DNA from: a virus
Lineage: Duplodnaviria; Caudoviricetes
Reading direction: 5' to 3' (one strand)
Length of the DNA stretch: 64,000 nucleotides
IMG/VR virus record: IMGVR_UViG_3300021387_000090
Span: 90,700-154,699 of that record
The position numbers and the translations under genes were made by a program. Shown in pieces: positions 29,902 to 43,437 of the stretch. How positions within the stretch are numbered: position 1 is the first letter of the stretch; each line of letters begins with the position of its first letter. Under the pieces are notes generated by a model that saw only the letters and a list, made by a program, of their open reading frames with translations, was not told where the DNA came from and ran no database searches.

Positions 29902-32900
29902 AATATAACTTCCTTTCTTTTGATATATTTTATAGATAAGAAAAAGAGCCAGTGTGAACTGACTCTCTTCCTTATTATATAGTTACCTTGTTTATCTTGC
30001 CCTATGCAGCCGTATTCCCTTCAATAAACAATGTTTCAAATAATTCAATATATAATTGTTCGATGCATTTTTCACACAATATCACTTCCCTTCCGTTGAT
30101 TGAAATTTTATATTTCTCATTTCTAATCACTTCTCCACAATTTTCACACGGTTCGACACTTTCAATTTTGTTAATCATTTTTAAATTTCTCCTTCTCCAC
30201 GCACCTTGTTCGAACGTATGTTCGATTATTATTATACTCGTTTACTTTGGGATTGCAAACATTTTTTCCATATGGATATAATACATTCTTAATATTTAAG
30301 ATGCGTGAGCGTCAGGCGGCATATAATTTACATACTTTTTATTTAACACATATTCAACCTCCTTATTTCCATAGACTTTATCTGTTAAAATCTTATTATA
30401 AATATCTGTTCCCTTAATACCGCATAGATATTCAGGTTCAGAACTATTAAAAAAATCTTCAGTGGATTGTTTTATCTTTTTGGCTTCTTTATTATTAGGG
30501 CACTTTTTCAATCTGTCATAGCTATGACACCAATCAAGAATGGCTTGTGTTACAATAGCAGCGGCTACTTGACGATATGCGTGATCAACACTACCAGATT
30601 CTGGTGGTTTTGAATTAATTGGTGTATGCAATCGTGTAATTCCCCGTTCGGGTGACATTCTGTAACAATTCATTATTCAGTCTCCCTTTATCTTATTCAT
30701 AGTAATATCTCCTCTTCTTAACCTTGCAACCACTGCACAGCTTTGCATATGCAGGTAGATCAAACATAGCGTCTTTCATGGAATGATAATCACGACTTAC
30801 TTCTGCACCAGAACCATCAACAATAATGAAACGGTAATAATACTTTCTCTTCATATTATGTTCTCCTTTCTAGTTTCCGTACATTAAATCCTTTGCGACA
30901 CTGATCTTGAACGCACGTTCAAACCAATGCCAGATTTCTTCCCTATGGGTTCCTCTCGGGAAACAATACCAATCCTGATCAATGGTTTCGCTTTCAGGAT
31001 TCATAGGCACATCTTCGAGTGAAGCCCACAAATTTCTTGCAACATTAAGAATATAATCTTTATTTAGTTTAATTCCCCATTCATTAAAAATAGAAATCAT
31101 TTCACTTGCAAGAAAGTAATAATTATCTTCCGTAATGCCATCCTCTATATCAGAATTCAGAATAAACGTATCTATCGTATCAGCAATCATACCAATAAAT
31201 TCTCTGCTATCATCATAGTTGAATTTCGTCATTTTATTTTTCCTTCCTATTAAATTAAAAGAGTTCTGCAATTAAGACATAAACCATTTCATCTGCAATC
31301 TTCTTGTGATTATTCATAGTCAACAGATCGTATGCGTCCTTTGCGTTTTCAGGTTCAGGAGATTCTTTAATAATTTTGTCGAGCCTTTCTCTTTGCCAGT
31401 CAAGGCATTTATAAAGCATGAACTTCCGTTCGAACGTGTCCATGTTTTCAAACTGATTATCAAGTCTTTCATAGATCGTAGGGTTTTCCATTATATCATC
31501 CTCCATTCTACAATATGAGTTTTAGGAACATAATTGCGTGTCCCTTTTACCTTGAACCAATATGTTTTGAACTGGTGATTTGGTTCACACTTCACCAGTT
31601 CAAATTCCTTTCCTGTAAAACTTTTCGCAATAATCTCTGTTCCATACGGCAGGTCTTTCAGATCGTTTTTCTTTCGTTCTTTTGTCTTCTCATTATACTC
31701 ATGGCACTTCTTACGCCATGAGTTCGCCCATTCGTTTTCCGTTGGAGTAAGAAGATTCAGAATAGATTCAGGGCATCTGCAAGCCATTGGCCCCATTGTT
31801 TCAGAGATTTCCTTATACAGGAAATTGCATCCCGATCTTTTGTCTTGAGAAGTCAGAACCACATATCCCACAACTTCCTCTTCATCTTTTGGTTTGTGAT
31901 ATATTCGGATGGCAGCATAGTATGTACTGCCAACCATTCTGCTTTTCACTACGGAAACATCCCGTTCAAGGCTGTGCCAAGTAAAAATTTTATCCAATTC
32001 TTCTTTTACTTTTACTTTCCCATTAGGATAAGTATTAGTACACCAAGTTCCTGTCCAACCCATAAAGACCTCCTTTTACTTTGTATATTCTATTTTCCAA
32101 TCGTAATTTTTAGGAAGAGGTGTAACATACCAATAACAAGCATCCATGTAATCAAGATAACAACCATACCTAGCAAGAATTCCTTGCAGTTTATGTACCT
32201 GTATTCCCCTCTCTCCATAATTTAATTTCTCATAAATCGAACCATCAACAGACATGGACAAAATGTTAATATCAGGAAACCACTTACAAAAATCTTTGTG
32301 ATGTATTACCTTCACGAATTTTTTGTAGTGACCAGTTTTGAAATCACCATTCCATGCCCAACCCATTTCTTTCCCGTTATAGAAGATCCATGCTTCTTTT
32401 CCGTTATGTGTTATCCACGACATAACTTCTCTTGCCATATGTTCAATATCTTGTTTGGTAAGGGTTTTGGTGGTACGAATCCTTTCATAATCTTCCTTGG
32501 TATATTTCCTGTACATTACCACTCCTCCTTTACGATTTCTGTTCTTCCATAAAGTGTTCTTCTGTGTTGGCAATTGTTTCTTTTATCAAAACACTTAAAG
32601 TCTCGTCATATGCGTCAATGCATAAGTCGCAAATAGGATTCATAGGACAGGCTCCGCAACCGATTTTATTTTCTGTTAAACACTTATTATGATCAGAGCA
32701 TTCATAACACTCTATCTCTTCTTTGTTACTCTGATCACAAGCTTCTGCGATTAAAAGCATGGCAAACGCCATTTTATCTTCCCAATTTATTTTGAGCATA
32801 CTTACTTCTCCTTCCTATTGTTATATAATTCTATGACAATTGCTTTGACGTTGTATAATGCCCATTTAACCAGTTCAGAATCGCTTTCTTTAGACATATT

Positions 32901-34831
32901 ATCTATTGCTTTCAGAATGTCGTCTTTATATTCTTCGAGTCTGTCCATAATCACATCTCCCTTGTAAGTGATTTTCTTTGCCATTAGCGTTCCTCCTCAT
33001 TCTCATCTTCTAATTTGTTATCCATCTCTTTTGCATACAAAGTAATTACAATAGATTCATTAGCCCATTCTTCAATGAAGTCTATACTATATTCATTTTC
33101 GTCATCGAACAGATCAGATATCTCATATGGTCTACCATCTTTTTCAGCAGCTTTTAATGCTCTCCGTTTTAATTCTTCAAAGGTTTCTTTTGCCTTTTCA
33201 AAAGTAGAGCGATAATAGACAGCACTACTATCCCACATACGACCATCAAGATATTCATCACGATATGAACTTCTTTTCACTTCATAAAATTTCATTTCCT
33301 TCTCTCCTTATAAATAAGTCCACGGCTGTGCGTTCAACACATCTGCAATCTTACTCATTTTAATATTGAACGGTACTACTTTTACCAATGATTCTCCCTT
33401 GAATTCTGGATTCTTGGAAATATCTGTTGGTTTCCAGATCAACCAGCACCAAGTATCCTGCTGAAAAGTATATCCATTGATCTCGGTTCCCTTGGAAAGA
33501 GTATCGTGAACATACTTTTTACGTTCAGACCATTTTCCAAAAGTAAGAAACTTTAGTGCTTCAGTGATGATTTTGTTCTCTTCTTCTCTGGTCATTTGCT
33601 TTCCTCCTTGATTAATAATACATCCAACCAGTATTCCAATAATCAGTGTGATATTTATCAATCCCACCATTCTGATTGATAAAAAGATTCATTTCTCTTT
33701 CAGGAATGATATAATCTAATCCAAGATTGTCCATAGCATATTTCTGAAGATCTTTTTTCCCTTTCATCGTGCCATATGTGTTGGTAATACGAACACACAG
33801 AGTTCTATAAACCCGTTTTCCATTTTTAATTTTGGGAGGACAGACAGCATCCCAAGTCTGTCCATGATCCAGATGAACGATCAGCGTTCCGTTATTCAGA
33901 TAAATATCTCTGGCTCCAGTTGCCAGTACTTCTCTGATAGTCCTCATTTACTTTCCTCCTCGTAATGAAGTTTCTGCATGAAATCAATCATGCTTTCAAG
34001 ATCCAGAAGTTCATTTTTTCTTCTGTCAAGCATTTCCTGTCTGAATCTGATTCTGCTTTCGTTTACGTTATCTTCCACAGCATCATCATAATCATGCTGT
34101 GCAGAACGAACCCAATCTTTCTGAAACTTGATCTGTTTCAGCAGATACTCAATGATCTGTTCGATGTTTTCCTTTTTGTTCATTTGTTTGCCTCCTTTTT
34201 CTTCAAGATATATTCGTCATCGTTTTTAGGTGATCTATGATAAACCATATCATATCCCAATGCTTCAAAGATTTCCTTCATCGTAGACAACCCACAAGCA
34301 CCATTTACCTTGCCATCATACTGACGCAAACCGTAATATTCTTTTTCCTTGTCGAGTGCTTTCAACTCTTCAGGAAAAGCATTGTTCATAAATTCACCAA
34401 AACACCAACCACACATATCATAGCCGCCACCATCACAACGGCCTACCTTGGCTCCATCAACAATACAGGTACAAATATTATATCCGTAAGTGTCTCTTGC
34501 CTTACTTGTTGTCCATTTCCAGTACATCAATACAGGATACCCTGTATCTAGTACCGCTTTTACTTTGAGTGCATTTTCCTGCGTCTTCGTCATTTTCCTT
34601 GCCATAGTTATGACCTCCTTTTTATGTGTATTATTTGTTAATGGGTAACATAATTCATCACCTATTAAAGGAGGTCGGCAAGTCTAAGTTTCACCTTGCC
34701 GTAATAGATGATGAATTACATCACTCATTAGCAAAGCGAACGTGTGTTTTGTTTCCGTTGTGTAAGAATCATAACACACGTTCGCTTAAATGTCTAATAC
34801 TTATTTTATGTTACTCTGTATCTTCTATTCT

Positions 34832-35794
34832 TTATGCGATGTATCTCCCCTCTACGTTCTTATCAATCAGGCGTTCAATTCCCAGATTATTGCACACCAG
34901 ATCTTCCAGATACAGAGCGTTTGCGTTGCTCGGTTTGCGGTTCACATAATATCCCTGTGCAACCGCTCTGAACTTCACAGGATCCCATCCACGAAGAACT
35001 CTGGCAAGTTCTGCCTTGACCAGTGGATTACTACCATGTGCAGCCAGAACATTTCTGACCATACGGAAGGAATGGTTACCTAAACCAGTTCCCACAATAT
35101 TCCATTTCGCTTCGATCAGGATATCAACTACGTCCTGAAGGAAGTTTTTTCCGTATGCTTCGGAAATCTTCGCCGCTTCGGAATACCCTGTTAAAGTTCC
35201 CTTCGGCTGTCTCCCTCTGTTTGCGTTAGTCTTGAACTGGATACCGTTGGTATTCTTTATAACCTCGTCCAGATCAACATAAGCCTGAATACCGCACAGA
35301 ACCTTTGCCTTGTGCTGATTGATAGGGGACATGGGATCAACGCCCTCCTGCTGTTTGTAGAAAGCGTCTGCTTCTTTGATCCTTCTTTCTTCAGGTGTCC
35401 CAGAATAGAAGCGGATCTCACACTCCAGATTCTCAACTCCATTTTCCTTTGCAGCAAGGAACCGATGAACACCATCAATAATGTAGAACCGTTTTTCTTC
35501 TTCGTGATCAGATACCAGAAGAGTGTCCATCTTTTCTTTATTCCATTTTGTGATAAGATCCTTTACCTTTTCGGGATTCAAGGTATCCACTCTCTGATAT
35601 CCTTCATCAATATCCATACAATCTGTGGGAATACTGGCGTAATACTTATCCCCGATCTTCTGCATATTTACCTTGACCATTTCATAGAGACGATCAGTAA
35701 AGGCTTCTTCCGCAGTCTTGGTAACAGCAACTTCGTTTTCGCTTTCGTTCTTAACCAGACCAGCCACCAGATTGAACAGATTTCTCTTTGCCAT
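34832..35794 (-). CDS. ParB-like N-terminal domain protein
   Basis: ID..YQR and IIDGVHRFLAA motifs. Confidence 0.7.
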   Translation of the reverse strand: MAKRNLFNLVAGLVKNESENEVAVTKTAEEAFTDRLYEMVKVNMQKIGDKYYASIPTDCMDIDEGYQRVDTLNPEKVKDLITKWNKEKMDTLLVSDHEEEKRFYIIDGVHRFLAAKENGVENLECEIRFYSGTPEERRIKEADAFYKQQEGVDPMSPINQHKAKVLCGIQAYVDLDEVIKNTNGIQFKTNANRGRQPKGTLTGYSEAAKISEAYGKNFLQDVVDILIEAKWNIVGTGLGNHSFRMVRNVLAAHGSNPLVKAELARVLRGWDPVKFRAVAQGYYVNRKPSNANALYLEDLVCNNLGIERLIDKNVEGRYIA

Positions 35795-38700
35795 AATATG
35801 ACCACCTTTCGTGTATGTGTATGAATTTTATTGTGTTTTTATTTGCTTTGCCTTGGGGTTGCTATTCAGTTGTAATAATTATCAGTGATTAAAACGGATG
35901 TACCATTGTGCCGCTAATCTTAGGGGTAAATTTCATTTCTGTCCCCCCTTATTCGTAGTCATCTAGTTTTATCTTGTCTGTAATTGCCCACAGAATCTTT
36001 TTGAAGACCCCGGCATTCTGGATCTTCCAATATTCCTTGATTCTCCGCTGACGATCAGCGGAAGAACGAATAGGAGATACCTGAATATCAATTCCCTTCA
36101 GCGGCATTACATTAGTGTTGATCATAGTCATTTTAGATTTCCTCCTCTATTCTCTTTTTGATTTCCATACGTTCTCTGAAAGACTTTTCCCAGAAATCGG
36201 GATACCGTTCTTCGCATTTTTTGTACAATAGCTTCCTTCTTTCTTCGTATTTACGGATGTTTTCTCTTGTAACATCCTCACGAATAGAGAAGCATTCCTT
36301 TGGATACATCATCAGTATGCCTCCTCGATCTTAATAATGTCTTCCTTTGGAATACTCATCACGTTAAACCTATCACGGTAGCCGTATAACAGGCCACCAA
36401 TTTCCCACGTTCTATCCAAATATACAGTCCGCTCATGGTCAATCCGTTTGAAGTCAAACGGTTTGCCTTTCTCAATAAAGGTGATCTTTTTCATTAGATT
36501 TCCTCCTCTTCTTTGATAATCAGGTCTTCGTCTGTGGGTAACAGAATGTTCTTAAAACTATCTGCCTTGGCGAAACAGATCTCCTCCGCATCGTCAATGC
36601 GGTTCAGACTCTTTACCAAAGCTTCTGCACACTTTTTACAAATTGTTACATTGGAACATTTAATATATCCATCATTATCAACATTCCAACGATCATCCGT
36701 TTCTGTTGCAGGACGAATGGTAGATATTCTATAACCAGAGACACCAATAACTTTCTCCATTGCGTCATATGCACCCATAGTATTCTCTTCACCACGATCT
36801 TTCATTTCCTGAAGCTGTGCCCTGATTACCTCCATTGCACGGGAATACAGATCACAGAATACACACTCTTTGGTTTCCATCTTCTGCACACGCATCTTCA
36901 TCATTTTTTCTTTTGCCATCGTATTATCCTCCTTTGGATTATGTGGTTTATGGTTTGCCTTACGCAATCAGAGCAGAAATACTCTGAAATACAACGACTC
37001 CGATCTGAGATGGTCTAAAATGTTTCTGTTCAGTCCGTCTCAATTCATGCTCCATTTTCCTCTGTCTTGCAGTGACCATAATGTGGTCACGTTCAGCGTT
37101 AGACGCTGCTCTTTCGAGTGCATCCAGAACATCGTTCCCGTAGCACAATTCCTTTGCTACGGTTTTGTACTGATTCTTTGTCATGCTAATACCTCCACTC
37201 CTGTAATTACAAATTGATGGTCTAACCGATCACCAAAAACCGTATCCCTTTCAAGCTGACAAGGGACAAGTGATTCCATCAAAAAAGAAGTTGAAGGAGG
37301 CGTAATTCGTTTGCCTTTCAACTTCTTTCGTATTGTATAGATAAAATACTTCTTCGGAGCGTCTGATTTTGCTACGAAGAAATCTTTTCCGTTCAAACAG
37401 AACGTGAACCCGATCATACCACAAGACCCCCTCCCTGTCGTTCACTGATGCCGTAGTGAACAATCTTGAAAATGATCTGCCTTGCCTGATCAATGTTTAC
37501 CTTCAGGCGTTCAGCTACACCATAATCAGACAGGATACCAGACGCAGGATGATGTGTATCTCCGTTGTACATTATTCCTTTCAGATCCCGATACATTTCA
37601 ACATACCGGGACTTGTCAAGATCTTCGTTGACGTAACCAGCGCAATTCCGTTCTCTTTCAGGATCCCCGCACTGATCACGATAGATGCAATCAATGCAAA
37701 CACTCGTTTTCCTTGCCATAACTAGCCTCCTTGTTTGTTTGATTTATTTATTTTCTCTTGCGGTCAATGATATAATCGAACCGCTCAACTATATCATCTT
37801 CTGCAGTAGAACCGGGCTGATAGATGCAGATGGTCAGGATGACATCATCCTTCCTTGCACCTTTTACATTACGATAGGAAATATAGTTGTACTTATTTCC
37901 GTTGCCGTAGATTTTGCCGTTTTTCTTATTATCTACTACTTTGCCAATCGTCTTTTCAATGATAATGTCATCACCACGGTTGGCAAGCAGATCGTAGGAA
38001 AGTTCCTCGGTGTAATACTCACGTACTACACCAATACTTTCCTTTGCAACCAGTTTCTTATAGAAACGGTACGGTGTGATGCCAATCGTTTCCGTTGCCG
38101 TTGAAAGGATCGTGGAAGTAATCCCAACTGCAAGCATAAATTTTTTCAGTTCCATAGGTTCATCCTCCTTTTTTGAACAAACTGGTTAAGAGTTTCTAGC
38201 AGGTTTTTTACAATCCAATCAACGAAAGTAATTTCCGTTTGGCTTTCCTTTGCGTTGGTCAGATGACCTAAACCCACTCATTCAGGAATCGAACCTGACA
38301 CAAGTTATTCCGTCCTTCGTTTCGCTTGCGGTATCCGTCTATACATGGAGGGATTAATTTTCTTTGTATTATCTAATCTTATTTAGACAATCTCCCATTT
38401 CTGAGCAAAATGGAATTTATCTCCGATTTTTGTGGTGATCGGTGCGGAAACCATCTCCTTTCCACCGTAACCATTGATAATTGCATAATCATTTTCCGTT
38501 GCAGGAGTTTCTTCACCGTTGGACCATTTGCAGATCAGAACTCCGTCCTCTTCCATCAAATAGTAGCCGTCATTAGTTTTAGGAAAATAGCAGGAATATC
38601 CCGTATACTTCCGTTCCGTTGGACGCTCTGCGTCTTCTCTTGCAAACCGTTCCTTCTGGTTTGCTTTCCGTTCCGCAACATCACCACGAAATGCATCTCT

Positions 38701-40140
38701 ATTATAGAGACGGTAATCCCGCAGATCCCGGCAAGTTTCCAGATATTGCTTTCTTCCCTTGCGGCGTTCCTTGCGGTTCTTGCCGTAGAGGGATTTCTCT
38801 TTCTTCAGGCAACGGTAATGGTAGGCTCTGTTACGAACCTTGTATTTTTCGGAAAAAACGAATTCCGGGACAGAGGTTGTCTTGTCCTGTTCCTCTGCTT
38901 TTTCCTGCTCCATTTTGTTCAGGGATTTCATATCAATCCCTAACATTGCCAATACTTCTTCTGCGGACATAAGTTCCTCCTTTTCTTGTAATAAAAAAGA
39001 ACCCATTGTTAGGGTTCTCTATCAAACAGGTCTTCTGCTTCAAAAAATTCTTCTGGTGATTCTGCGACTCTGTATGGAATTTCCCAATAGTCAAGTATTG
39101 GCAATAATTCCGCTTTCGTTAACAAGAAATCATAGGGGAAGTATAAAACATATGGTGGTTCCCCATAAAATACTCGAAGGATTCTTCTTGCGCTTCTAGC
39201 ATATTTCATAATAGACATAATCATTATCAATCTATATGCTTTTTTATCTATGATGATGCAGCTATCCAGCATCTCTTTTTCACCTCCTTCAGGTATATAA
39301 TACCATCCCAGAGGTTACGTTACAATCCCCAAAAGCTTTTCAGGGTCATACCCCAGATTCTTGAGCGTGATCCATGCAACATCCTTGCGGAGTTGCTTTT
39401 TCTCCTGCTCTTTCGTGGGATATACAATTCCAAAATGACCGCAATCTATTGCTTCGATAGCGTTGCGCTCTTTCATTTCGGCGACTCTGTATTTCTTCAG
39501 TTTTGCCATTTTTTCGGCATACCATCCACGAGATGCCATATTATTACACCTCCTCCCCGTTAAACAGGGATACCCACTCCCAGACTTTAGAGCCCCGGTA
39601 AACTAACCCGGACTCTACCCCATTGACAAACAGAAGGAACATTTCTCCTTCTTCTTCAGCTACAATCCACTGCCACTGCATGATAGGATGCAGTTCTACA
39701 GTATCTGCCCATGTTACATGGGCAATTGCACGCTCTGCTCTTTTCAGAGCAGCAGTTTCCACAGCCTGATATTCTACAAGAAGCATTACCACTCCTCCTT
39801 CTCTACTACCGTGATAGTGACTACCACGGTGCGGTTATTATCCTTGTCGTAGTGGCATACGCACATATTGCGCCCCATAGTCTGAGCGATACGGGTTGCT
39901 CTTTCTTCGGCATACTTCTCCTTCGGGGAGATGCCCCACAGCTTGCCTGTAGCTTCTTCTTCAATTGCGAATACACCACCACGGCAGACGGCAAACTTGT
40001 CTTTGGTCATATTACTCCTCCTTGAAAATGGTTGACGGGTTACAAGAAAACCCGGTCACGGAGTCGAACCGTGTACCGGGTGAAATAGCACCCCCGAACC
40101 GTTCGGGTGACTTTGAGGAAAGGCAGAGAAAGGCAGAGAA

Positions 40141-40851
40141 TTACTTCTGATTCTTCTTCGCTTTCTTCGCTTCACGGCGGGCCTTTGCATCGTCACGATG
40201 TTTCTGGAACATATCCTTCAGCGTCTCCGAGTACAGGTCAGCCTTCATCTGATTGTACTCGAATCCGAGGTCTACACACCATGCGTACAGATACCGCATG
40301 GACAGACCTGCATCAATACCTCTTGCCCAGTTTTCACCGTCAAGGACGATCTTCGGCAGAGAGTTCACTCGTCCATGATGCAGGGCATCCTCCAGTTCGA
40401 TGATACGAACATCGACACGCCCCTTAGAATCACGTACTCCGGGAACACCATACCCGGCGAACCAATTTGCAAGAGCAGATACCCGCATGGCAGAAGTCGT
40501 GGCGGCAGTCCACTCCTTCTTCAGCTTCCTGTCCTGTTCGGAATTATAGGAGAACTTCACCTCCGGCAGACCGGCGGCGGCTGCCAGCTCCTCCTTTTTC
40601 GTGGCAATTGCCAGAGCATTCGCAAGGATTTCCTCCTGCTTCGCCTTAACCTTCTCCTCGGAATACAGGAGACTGCCTTCGCGGCGCTTCTCCTCCGCAA
40701 GCTGGTCCGACAGCTTCGGGACCTTCTTCTCCAGTTCCTCAATCTCCGCTTTCAACAGTTCCCGCTTTTCAGCTTTCAGGAGCGTCTTAGATGCGAAGTC
40801 ATTGATACGTCCGAACAGAGTGATACCTTTTGCATACAGATCCATAGCCAT
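40141..40851 (-). CDS. Hypothetical coiled-coil protein, first long gene of the minus-strand arm
   Basis: 236 aa, AAGGAGG RBS, GC-rich codon usage. Confidence 0.65.
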   Translation of the reverse strand: MAMDLYAKGITLFGRINDFASKTLLKAEKRELLKAEIEELEKKVPKLSDQLAEEKRREGSLLYSEEKVKAKQEEILANALAIATKKEELAAAAGLPEVKFSYNSEQDRKLKKEWTAATTSAMRVSALANWFAGYGVPGVRDSKGRVDVRIIELEDALHHGRVNSLPKIVLDGENWARGIDAGLSMRYLYAWCVDLGFEYNQMKADLYSETLKDMFQKHRDDAKARREAKKAKKNQK

Positions 40852-40963
40852 AATGTGACCTCCTTAAAATGAGACTGGACACAATTGTCCTGCGGACTTT
40901 TTCTGGTATCCGCACGGGTTCCCCGGAAACAAGCCCGGTTGACCGCATACCCAAAATTGTATA

Positions 40964-41031
40964 GCGGAGTGCGGTGGAGTCGAACCACCATGAACGTGTC
41001 CAAACCCGGTACACGCTCCCACTACACTCCG
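40964..41031 (-). ncRNA. Degenerate tRNA-like element lacking a D arm
   Basis: CGGAGTG/CACTCCG closing stem, GCGTGT/ACACGT hairpin, GGTGG-TTCGACT-CCACC T arm. Confidence 0.45.
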
Positions 41032-41503
41032 AGAGATTGACATACTAATCCACGGAAAACGCCCATGCCTCCCGGCAATAGCGCCCCACCTATCGACCGA
41101 CTCGTCCGGTTGAGTTAATTGAACGGCTCTTTCGTCCGCTTTTCGCCAACGCATACGGCTCCGAAACAAGGGTTGACAGCTTGACATTCATAGGTCCACT
41201 GTTCCGCAAGTTTTAGACACCTAACTGCCCTTCGGGTACTTCTGGCAGTAGTACCCTGTTTTGGTGGCCCCTTCGGTGGTTTCATATGTGTAGAAACAGG
41301 CGGGCGTTTCACAACGGCACCCTCTCCCGCAAGTCAGACACGCTCCGCACGCTGATTCCTCTACGGGTCAGATTCTATTGTACACGGGGACTCCCTCCCT
41401 ATGGTGCAGGACGCCTAGATTTCCTGCTAGTTAGGCAAGCCTATAGTGACTATGGACGGCAGGTCTCCCTCTATCACCGTTTCCAGTGCGTCCATATGTG
41501 GTT

Positions 41504-41555
41504 CGAGAACTAACCGCTCCCTCTCCCGATTGCCTCCGAGAACTAACCGCTCCCT
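41504..41555. repeat. Two 19-bp direct repeats CGAGAACTAACCGCTCCCT (33-bp period)
   Basis: Exact copies at 41504 and 41537. Confidence 0.85.
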
Positions 41556-41878
41556 TCGGACACCTATATAATACCACACTCCCGGCCTAACCCTAATTTT
41601 CGGGGGGGTAGTTCTAAAATGAGCCGAGCGCACGGGCTTTCAGCCGTATTAAGCCAGTCCATTTTTACACTGACTGCAATTTTCATCCCCCATTTCCCCC
41701 TATTTACCCCTTTTTTTAATCCTTTTTCTTTTTCTAAAAATTATAACCATATCTTTCCTACCCATTTTATTCATCACCTTTCCCACATCGCTCCACAAAT
41801 CGGATCAATTCCCTTAAATCCCAACCCGCATCCTCCACCATATACCCACTTTTCTATATACTTTTAAAAGAAGCCCCC

Positions 41879-41908
41879 TTGACTTTACCTCATTTTTTGT
41901 GCTATAAT
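41879..41908 (+). promoter_or_regulatory. SigmaA-type promoter at the start of the plus-strand arm
   Basis: TTGACT-18nt-TATAAT with extended TG. Confidence 0.6.
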
Positions 41909-42012
41909 ACCTCAAACAGATTAGAATATACGGCGTTTTATTAACTTCATCTATTTATCTACATAATCCGACAAATTCAAAATAACGCCTATATTATTGA
42001 TGTTCTCATTTT

Positions 42013-42077
42013 TTTGTCTCTAATGGGTGTACTATATATATATTAGACCCTATTATAGTACACCCACTCGAGACAAA
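42013..42077. repeat. Long interrupted inverted repeat
   Basis: TTTGTCTC..TGGGTGTACTATA / TATAGTACACCCA..GAGACAAA. Confidence 0.8.
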
Positions 42078-42185
42078 TTTCACACTTTGTTCACAATTAG
42101 AATCAGATACTTATAACAATACACGCTATAATACACGCCATATGCCAAATAAGCGCCGTAGCTCAATACAGAAAGGAGGGGGGGT

Positions 42186-43295
42186 ATGTTTTATTCTATA
42201 GAAGAAAAGGATTCCTTAATAGAAGATACCGAGTATATAAATAACAATACTCCCTCTTCTTTTAATGATGATTCGTATGATTTATTTAAAGGAATACCAT
42301 TCTCAGCAGATCATGGACGGTATTATCCTCAGATACAAGAACTCAATATAATTAATCTTAAGCAGAACTCTGTATATTCGTATAAGCAATTATGCTCAGT
42401 ATTAAATCAACCAAATAAAACAGGATCATCAAAAAAGAGACAGCTGCAGGAATTTGAGCGATTCTTTCAATATACGAAGTATGGCACTAAATATGTGATT
42501 AACGAGATATATGATGAACCATTACCGTACTTACCTAATACGGTAAGTAATTCATTATATGTAAGCAGTTTAATTGATGTAATATTAAATTATTTATCCC
42601 ACTGCCCTAATTCAATATTATATACTTCAGTCTCTGAATTAGCTTATATCTGTGGATTAAAGAACAAGAGTTACAATTTATTTAAATCATATGATATGGA
42701 TACATTAATCAAGAGATATAATGCTCCAAGATCATTAGTTGAGTTATGTTTCTTTAGGTCTTCATCGTATCACCAGAAAATTGTATATTCTTTATTAAAG
42801 TCGTTAATGTCAAGAGGTATTATTAATTCGTATATTAGTTATCAGATATTCCAGAAAGCTGATAATGAAGATCGTTTTATTATAAGAGATGCTACGAATT
42901 ATGATATAAAGAAGATACTATATATAGAAGACAAGGTTTTAAATAAGATGAATATGACCAAGAATCAGATATGGTTAAAAGAAGATACAAGGGATACTTA
43001 TTTTACTCTATTAGATATTACAATCAAAGAAGAAGAACCTCTATGGCTTACCTATAAATCAATTATTAAAATCGAGATTCCTGATTGGGTATATAATAGG
43101 AAAGAAGTCAACACAGAGCATAGCAGGAAAGAAGTAAATCAAAATGTATTTAACTATTTATGTGAAAAGGTAGAAGATAATTATAAACATAAAATTGAAT
43201 ATGTAGCAAAAGAATCTAATCTGGAACCTAATATCTCATGTTCTATTCCTCAACAAATTAAAGATATTCTATCTTCTATTATTCTTTTAGATTAG
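42186..43295 (+). CDS. Hypothetical DNA-binding protein
   Basis: YKQLCSVL..P.KTGSSKKRQL.EFERFF...G.KYVI.EIYDEP domain common in SPbeta-like phages. Confidence 0.55.
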   Translation: MFYSIEEKDSLIEDTEYINNNTPSSFNDDSYDLFKGIPFSADHGRYYPQIQELNIINLKQNSVYSYKQLCSVLNQPNKTGSSKKRQLQEFERFFQYTKYGTKYVINEIYDEPLPYLPNTVSNSLYVSSLIDVILNYLSHCPNSILYTSVSELAYICGLKNKSYNLFKSYDMDTLIKRYNAPRSLVELCFFRSSSYHQKIVYSLLKSLMSRGIINSYISYQIFQKADNEDRFIIRDATNYDIKKILYIEDKVLNKMNMTKNQIWLKEDTRDTYFTLLDITIKEEEPLWLTYKSIIKIEIPDWVYNRKEVNTEHSRKEVNQNVFNYLCEKVEDNYKHKIEYVAKESNLEPNISCSIPQQIKDILSSIILLD

Positions 43296-43437
43296 ATAAT
43301 ACATCGTTTTTAATTTTACATATTGACAAATAAGGTAAAATATGCTAATCTTATTGTAGGTTAATATAGTTATTGCCTGAGATTAGATAATACATAGGTA
43401 AATAATAATAATACATAGAAAGGAGTACTATTATGTC

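Larger units (their letters stand above)
20395..41000 (-). other. Array of ~60 small co-oriented hypothetical (likely early/host-takeover) genes
   Basis: Densely packed minus-strand ORFs, most preceded by AGGAG RBS; GC content rises toward 41 kb. Confidence 0.7.
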
